A model generated the notes under the pieces. It searched no databases, had not been told where the DNA came from, and saw nothing but the letters and a program-made list of their open reading frames with translations. The position numbers were made by a program, and so were the translations under genes. From the NCBI GenBank assembly GCA_963665095.1, contig OY762069.1, positions 5,056,001 to 5,120,000 on the forward strand: 64,000 nt of DNA, written 5' to 3'. Positions within the stretch are counted from its first letter, which is position 1, and every line of letters begins with the position of its first letter. This document shows positions 57,981-64,000 of this stretch, piece after piece. Source of the DNA: an uncultured Desulfobacter sp. (GTDB lineage: Bacteria > Desulfobacterota > Desulfobacteria > Desulfobacterales > Desulfobacteraceae).

Positions 57981-59285
57981 ATGGACGTTCCAATTCAGGT
58001 CCACCATGTTTCCAAGGTTTATAAACTGTATGATGACCCTTCCGGCCGTTTAAAAGAGGTTATTTTCAGAGGAAAAAAAAGGCACTGTGAGTTCATTGCT
58101 CTAAACGATATTTCATTTTCTGTGGGGACGGGCGAAACCATTGGGGTAATTGGAAGGAACGGGTCCGGGAAAAGCACGCTGTTGCAGATCATTGCCTCCA
58201 TTGTGGCCCCGACTTCCGGGTCGATTGATATTAATGGCCGGATCTCCGCTCTTCTGGAACTTGGGTCCGGGTTTGATCCTGAATTCACCGGCAGGGAAAA
58301 TGTTTATCTTAACGGCGCCATCCTGGGAATCACCCAGGAGGAGATCAGGGAACGGTTTGATAAGATAGAGCAGTTTGCCGGTATTGGTGCCTTTATAGAC
58401 CAGCCTGTCAAAAATTATTCAAGCGGCATGTATGTTCGGTTAGCCTTTGCTGTGGCTGTAAATGTGAATCCGGACATCCTGCTGGTCGATGAGGCCCTGG
58501 CTGTGGGGGATGTCTATTTTCAGCACCGGTGTATGGCAAAGATTCGGGAGTTTCAGGAACAGGGAAAAACTATTTTTTTTGTTACCCATGATACCGGGGC
58601 CATTGTCAAGCTGTGTACCAAAGCCATGCTGCTGGAAAAGGGTGAAATGATCGCCTTTGGAAAGCCCGATGATGTGGTTCAGGAATATTACAGAATCATC
58701 TGGAACGGGAATGATACCAGCCCTGAGCCGGAGACAGGAGATGCCGACGCCGATGAGCGCCTTGAGGCGGAAGCTGAAGAAGGGATAGAAGCATGGCAGG
58801 CGCATGGAAAGTTTGAAAAAATATCCCATTTTGATAAACGGTTTGGAAATGACAAGGCTGAGATTACAGGCTTCTTATTGGCCGATCATCGGGGAAAAAA
58901 AAGAGATACCTTTAAAACAGGCATGGAGATATGCCTTTCCCTCAGGATACTTGTCCATGAAGATATTGAGATGCCCCTGGCAGGATTTATCGTTAAGGAT
59001 TTGCTGGGCAATGAGCTGATTAAAACCAACTCAGATGTGACCGGAAATGTGCTGAAACCCTGCCGAAAAGGGGATAGTATTCATGTCAGCTTCGTTTTTA
59101 CCATCCCGAGTCTGAGGTCTGGCAGTTATTCTATTTCTGCCGGATTTGGTCTTGGGACCATAGAAAATCATATTGTATACGACTGGCTGGATAATTTTGC
59201 CGTTTTTACTCTGGATACGCCTGAGCTCTCATTCGGCATGCTGGATATACCGGTGAAGACATCGGCAAAGGTTTGGAGGGGTTGA
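57981..59285 (+). CDS. wzt: ABC polysaccharide exporter ATPase Wzt with C-terminal carbohydrate-binding domain
   Basis: GRNGSGKST, YSSGM, DEALAVGD, RFG... C-terminal extension. Confidence 0.92.
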   Translation: MDVPIQVHHVSKVYKLYDDPSGRLKEVIFRGKKRHCEFIALNDISFSVGTGETIGVIGRNGSGKSTLLQIIASIVAPTSGSIDINGRISALLELGSGFDPEFTGRENVYLNGAILGITQEEIRERFDKIEQFAGIGAFIDQPVKNYSSGMYVRLAFAVAVNVNPDILLVDEALAVGDVYFQHRCMAKIREFQEQGKTIFFVTHDTGAIVKLCTKAMLLEKGEMIAFGKPDDVVQEYYRIIWNGNDTSPEPETGDADADERLEAEAEEGIEAWQAHGKFEKISHFDKRFGNDKAEITGFLLADHRGKKRDTFKTGMEICLSLRILVHEDIEMPLAGFIVKDLLGNELIKTNSDVTGNVLKPCRKGDSIHVSFVFTIPSLRSGSYSISAGFGLGTIENHIVYDWLDNFAVFTLDTPELSFGMLDIPVKTSAKVWRG

Positions 59286-59333
59286 GGCAAGCGCCTTCAG
59301 ACAAAACCTTTAATTCAAGGATAATGAATCATA

Positions 59334-62300
59334 GTGTCAGAATTGAAATACAATTATGATCTGGATCCGGGCAATCTTGATTCAAGCCATGGAAAGCTTC
59401 TAAATTTGGTGGTTGAAGAGAGCCGGGTGCTTGAGCTCGGGTGTGCCACCGGATACATGACCCGGTATATGAAAGAGATCCTCCATTGCAGGGTAACATG
59501 TGTGGAGATCGACCCAAAGGCTGCTGAACTGGCCCGGGCCTTTTGTGAGAAAATGATTATTGGGGATGTGGAGAGCCTGGACCTGCCGTCCGGCCTGCCG
59601 GAAAAGGCCTATGATATTATCCTGATGGCTGATGTACTTGAGCATCTTAAAGACGCCAAAGGCCTTTTAGTGCGGTTAAGGGAGATTCTGGCCCCGGGAG
59701 GCTTTCTGCTGATTTCCATTCCCAACGGGGTGCATGGCTCTGTGGCCCTGGAGCTTCTGGACGGAAAGGCCGATTACCGGGATACGGGCCTTTTGGACAA
59801 CACTCATCTTCATTTTTTTGATAAGCAAAGCTTTGCTCAGACTTTGGATGCGGCCGGGTATCTCATATCCCATCTTGACCGGATCATTGTGCATCCAAAA
59901 GACACGGAACTGAAAACCCTTTGGGAAAAATACCCCCGGGAGATTACGGCCTACATGGAGAAGGTGAACCCGGAGTTCAAAACCTACCAGTTTGTTATCA
60001 AGGCGTTTCCCACCACCCTTGATGGCTGGAAAACGGGGCTTGAACATGCCGTGGCATCACAGAAGACAATCCGAAGAGATATTGAAAACAGGATGGATGC
60101 CGTTCAGAAGGATCTGGACTGGCATAAAAATGAGATCCAGCGCCTGAACCGGGAACTTGGAGATAAAGAGGAAAAATACAGCCGACTTTTAGCCGGGGAG
60201 CGGACCCGGCTGGAGACTGAAATTAAGGCGCTTCATAAGGCGTATAAAGGAGAGATTCAGCGTTTGGAAAAAGAGCATGCGCTGACTGTTGAGGGATATT
60301 CCCGTGAGATGGAGAGGGTTGGAAAAGAGTGGCAGGGCCGGATGGAACAGGCTAAGAGAGGATGGCAGGCTCAGACAGACCGGATTTCGAACGAATTTAA
60401 GGCTGACAAAGAAGGGTATGAATCACAAATCCTGAACCTGGAAAAGGAGATGGAAACGGTCCATCAGGGCTACCAGGCTGAAATAGACCGGATGCACCAG
60501 GAAATTAAAAAGCGGATCCGGGCGTATGATGCGGCGAAAAATGATTTTAACGGGCTTGAAGCCCATGCCGGACTGCTGCAGCAGGAACTGGATCTGGTAC
60601 ACGGGTCCCTGGCCTGGCGGCTTTTAAACAGGTACAGGCGGATGCTGGACAGGTTCCTGCCGGAAAACAGCCGCAGAAGACGTCTGTACAGGCTCTCGAT
60701 TCTGGCCCCGGTGGTCCTGTTCCGGGAAGGACCTGGCGCCTTTTTCCGGAAAATTGCCCAAAGAGTTCCGGGCAGGCGGGAAAAACAGCGGCCAGTCGTA
60801 TCTTTTGATCTTGAGTTTCCAGTCCAGGAATCCGTAGAAATCAGTATCGTCATACCGGTTTACAATAAGGTGGATTATACATACCGATGCCTGAAATCCA
60901 TTATTGAGGACTCCCATACCCAGATTCCCTATGAAGTAATTGTGGTGGACAATGCATCCTCAGACAATACAGCAGACCTGTTACGGAATACAAAAGGGCT
61001 TATTCCCATCATCAACCAAGAGAACAAAGGCTTTGTCGGAGCATGTAACATGGGTGCAGACAAGGCCCGGGGGCGCTATATTCTGTTTCTGAACAACGAC
61101 ACCCAGGTAACGGAAGGCTGGCTGGACAGCCTGCTAAAACCATTTGAAGAAGACAAAAACGTAGGTATAACAGGCGCTAAACTGTTGTATCCCGACGGCA
61201 CGCTTCAGGAGGCCGGAAACATTATCTGGCAGGATGCCTCCGGGTGGAATTATGGACGGGGTGGAGACCCGGATTGTCCGGCATATTGTTATGAAAAAGA
61301 GGTGGACTATTGCTCCGGTGCCTGTCTGATGATCCCTGCCGTGTTATGGCGGAAAGCAGGCGGTTTTGATCAGCGGTATGCGCCAGCTTATTATGAAGAT
61401 ACCGATTTGTGTTTTACCATCCGAAAACTTGGGTACAAGGTAATTTATCAGCCCCTGGCAAAGGTGGTCCATTACGAGGGAATCACTGCCGGAACCGATA
61501 TCAATACCGGGTTTAAACGGTTCCAGCAGGAAAATCATAAAAAGTTTTTTGAAAAGTGGAAAGAAGTTCTGGCACAACAGCATTATAAAGGGCCGGATGA
61601 CCTTTTCTATGCCCGACAGAGATGCTATGGCAAAACCATTCTGGTCGTGGACCATTATGCCCCCACCTTTGACCGGGACTCGGGCTCTCTTAGGATGTTC
61701 AGTATTTTAAAAATTCTTTCCAGGTCAGGTCATCAGGTGGTTTTCTGGCCTGAAAACCGGGCCTTTAACGAATATACTCAGCATCTTCAAAACATCGGGG
61801 TGGAGGTCCTTTACGGTGATATCAGATTTGATGAATACATGCGGGAAAACGGCCGGTTTTTTGATCTGATAGTTTTTTCAAGGCCCCATGTGGCCGTGAA
61901 TATGATTTACCATGCCCGGACCTTTTCAAAGGCAAGAATCGTTTATGATACGGTGGACCTGCATTTCTTAAGGGAAGAGCGCCGGGCTAAGTTTGATGCC
62001 GCATGCGATGTCGGGTACTGGAAACAGATCGAATTCTTCCTGGCCGATATGGCAGATGATATCCTGGTTGTCAGTGATGTTGAGAAAGCAACCCTGGAAG
62101 CCCACGGGTATAAAGACAAGGTTCAGGTTATCTCCAATGTTCATGAAATTATTGGCGCTTCAAAGCCCTTTGAAGAGCGCAGGGGCCTGTTGTTCATCGG
62201 GGGCTTTATGCATACCCCCAATGAAGATGGCATGATCTGGTTTATTGAGAAGATTTTCCCTAAAATTCAACAGGCCATTGACGGCATCACCTGCACCATT

Positions 62301-62723
62301 GTGGGCAGCCATCCTACAGATGCGATACGATCCCTGGCCGGCGCCGGCATAGAGATTACCGGATATGTTCCGGATGTGTCTTCATATTTTGAGGACAGCC
62401 GGGTGTTTATCTCCCCCTTACGTTACGGGGCCGGAGTAAAGGGAAAAATCGGCCAGAGTCTCTCCTTTGGGTTGCCTGTGGTCACCACGCCTATCGGGGC
62501 TGAGGGCATGGGTGCTGTGGACGGGGAAAATATGCTGGTTGCCGAAGATGAAAACGGATTCGCTGAAAAGGTGATTCAACTTTACCATGACCAGATTCTG
62601 TGGGAAAAACTATCCGTAAAGGGCATGGACCTTATTGAAGAGCGTTTTTCACCCAGGGTGATCAAGAAAGGCCTTGATGAACTTCTTGGCCGAGTAAGGG
62701 AAAAGGGGCCTCGTGGAAATTAA
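59334..62723 (+). CDS. Multidomain methyltransferase - coiled coil - GT2 - GT4 glycan polymerase/terminator
   Basis: VLELGCATG and ADVLEHL; ~180-aa coiled coil; SIVIPVYN, FLNNDT, YYEDTD; GAGVKGK..GLPVV. Confidence 0.85.
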   Translation: MSELKYNYDLDPGNLDSSHGKLLNLVVEESRVLELGCATGYMTRYMKEILHCRVTCVEIDPKAAELARAFCEKMIIGDVESLDLPSGLPEKAYDIILMADVLEHLKDAKGLLVRLREILAPGGFLLISIPNGVHGSVALELLDGKADYRDTGLLDNTHLHFFDKQSFAQTLDAAGYLISHLDRIIVHPKDTELKTLWEKYPREITAYMEKVNPEFKTYQFVIKAFPTTLDGWKTGLEHAVASQKTIRRDIENRMDAVQKDLDWHKNEIQRLNRELGDKEEKYSRLLAGERTRLETEIKALHKAYKGEIQRLEKEHALTVEGYSREMERVGKEWQGRMEQAKRGWQAQTDRISNEFKADKEGYESQILNLEKEMETVHQGYQAEIDRMHQEIKKRIRAYDAAKNDFNGLEAHAGLLQQELDLVHGSLAWRLLNRYRRMLDRFLPENSRRRRLYRLSILAPVVLFREGPGAFFRKIAQRVPGRREKQRPVVSFDLEFPVQESVEISIVIPVYNKVDYTYRCLKSIIEDSHTQIPYEVIVVDNASSDNTADLLRNTKGLIPIINQENKGFVGACNMGADKARGRYILFLNNDTQVTEGWLDSLLKPFEEDKNVGITGAKLLYPDGTLQEAGNIIWQDASGWNYGRGGDPDCPAYCYEKEVDYCSGACLMIPAVLWRKAGGFDQRYAPAYYEDTDLCFTIRKLGYKVIYQPLAKVVHYEGITAGTDINTGFKRFQQENHKKFFEKWKEVLAQQHYKGPDDLFYARQRCYGKTILVVDHYAPTFDRDSGSLRMFSILKILSRSGHQVVFWPENRAFNEYTQHLQNIGVEVLYGDIRFDEYMRENGRFFDLIVFSRPHVAVNMIYHARTFSKARIVYDTVDLHFLREERRAKFDAACDVGYWKQIEFFLADMADDILVVSDVEKATLEAHGYKDKVQVISNVHEIIGASKPFEERRGLLFIGGFMHTPNEDGMIWFIEKIFPKIQQAIDGITCTIVGSHPTDAIRSLAGAGIEITGYVPDVSSYFEDSRVFISPLRYGAGVKGKIGQSLSFGLPVVTTPIGAEGMGAVDGENMLVAEDENGFAEKVIQLYHDQILWEKLSVKGMDLIEERFSPRVIKKGLDELLGRVREKGPRGN

Positions 62724-64000
62724 TTTTTTTGCCACGTATCGCTGCAATTCAAGGTGTGTCAACTGTTCCATCTGGAAAGGAAGTCAAGCCCCTGAAAAAT
62801 CCGAGATGCTAAACATGGAGGAGTTGAAAGCCCTGTTTTCATCACCGGCTCTGGCAGATAACCGGGCCATTGGCATTGCCGGAGGGGAGCCAACCATCGG
62901 CCCCTTTTCATGGTGCTTGCTACAAGAGGTTCCGGAAAGTAAAAATATCACCATTACCACCAACGCCTTAAGATCTGAAAAACTAATTGATTATCTGAAA
63001 CGTCAGCCCTGTAAAGACAGATTTTTAATTCAGGTTTCCATAGACGGTAACGAAGAGGTGAATGATCAGGTCAGGGGGGTGCCCGGCGGATATCAAAAAT
63101 CGGTTTATTTGCTGGAACAGTTAAAGCGCCTGAATGTCCGCTCTCTGGTGTCCTTTACGGTGAATCGGAAAAATTATCATCAGATCCTGGATGTTTACCG
63201 TTTGGCTGAGCAATATCAGGCCCAGTTTTCCACCCGGATGGCCTATTGCGGCGGCGCCTATGACAATGAGGAAAACAGAGCGCTGTTTGAATTTCAGGAA
63301 GATGAGCTGGATACCCTTGAAAAGAGTATCATTGTGATGGTCAACCAGGCTCTTGACCAGCCCGGGCATCATCCGGCCCAGCTCGTTTTCCAGGACAGGA
63401 TGGTTTCCTGCTACCGGGACAGGAGAGAGCAGCGAAAGGTTCCCTGCCTTGCCATGGAAACCGGCCTGGTTGTAGATTTATACGGGGAAGTTTTCCCCAA
63501 CTGTCCGGTAATTATGGAGAAAAAACTTGGAAACCTAAGAGATAAAAGCCTGGATGAGATCCTTAACAGCATTCAGACCCTGGAACTGAAAGATCATATC
63601 AGAAAGTTTAAATGCGGTGGTTGCTGGAATGATTGCCAGGTAGTCACCAATATTGCACGTTGTCCGGAATACCTGTTCAGGGAGTATAACAGGATCAAAA
63701 TGAGGAAAATTCAAATTCTGGGCAATATCCCTACACGAATTGATCCGGCTGAGGAAAACAATCCGTTTCTGCTTTCCGGCTGGCATCAGCCGGAGAAGTC
63801 GGATACCTTCGGGTATTGCTGGACAGAACCCGATTTTGCGGTGCCAGTCCCCTCCGGTACCCGGGCCATTGAGATGACAGTTTCCCTTCCCGAGTCCAAG
63901 CTGGGACCCTTTGGTACTGAAATTTTATTTTCCGTTGAAGACATGCAAAAAATTGCCGTATCTGTTATTAAACCGGGGTGGCAGACAATTTGTGCGGATT
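62713..64000 (+). CDS. Radical SAM / SPASM-twitch protein, truncated by the window end (absent from the ORF track)
   Basis: GTG 62713: MEINFFATYRCNSRCVNC, GGEP, TTN, SIDG; later PCLA..GEVFPNC..LGNL..CGGCWNDC; frame runs to the window end. Confidence 0.85.
   Translation, partial: MEINFFATYRCNSRCVNCSIWKGSQAPEKSEMLNMEELKALFSSPALADNRAIGIAGGEPTIGPFSWCLLQEVPESKNITITTNALRSEKLIDYLKRQPCKDRFLIQVSIDGNEEVNDQVRGVPGGYQKSVYLLEQLKRLNVRSLVSFTVNRKNYHQILDVYRLAEQYQAQFSTRMAYCGGAYDNEENRALFEFQEDELDTLEKSIIVMVNQALDQPGHHPAQLVFQDRMVSCYRDRREQRKVPCLAMETGLVVDLYGEVFPNCPVIMEKKLGNLRDKSLDEILNSIQTLELKDHIRKFKCGGCWNDCQVVTNIARCPEYLFREYNRIKMRKIQILGNIPTRIDPAEENNPFLLSGWHQPEKSDTFGYCWTEPDFAVPVPSGTRAIEMTVSLPESKLGPFGTEILFSVEDMQKIAVSVIKPGWQTICAD

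Noticed and set aside
1..64000. CRISPR arrays, tRNA/rRNA genes, IS elements, integrases
   Set aside because: None seen: no regularly spaced repeats, RNA gene signatures or transposase-like ORFs.

Overview
A 64-kb cell-surface locus, almost all on the + strand, from a Gram-negative bacterium; gene style suggests a Desulfobacterales-like deltaproteobacterium (inference only). A type II secretion operon (gspEFGH...IJ-x-KLMC-D) is split by a ~26-kb glycan synthesis/decoration cluster between gspH and gspI. It also carries a large polytopic membrane+TPR protein (candidate GT-C transferase) between gspJ and gspK. Downstream are a periplasmic binding protein, histidine kinase, sigma54 regulator and TonB-dependent receptor. 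Then comes a candidate sigma54 promoter (tandem UAS, IHF site, -24/-12) ahead of a CAP-like protein and a strongly codon-biased secreted protein that looks like a surface-layer/major envelope protein. Next are a GP42-type transglutaminase-like protein carrying repeats similar to that protein's C-terminal domain, and a hidden UshA-like selenoprotein (in-frame TGA plus SECIS). TPR/Sel1 proteins follow, then a Wzm/Wzt glycan system with a methyltransferase-coiled-coil-GT2-GT4 enzyme and radical SAM enzymes. Read together, it may be a dedicated system that regulates, secretes, glycosylates and cross-links a surface protein layer. All family calls come from motif recognition by eye; no database searches were run.
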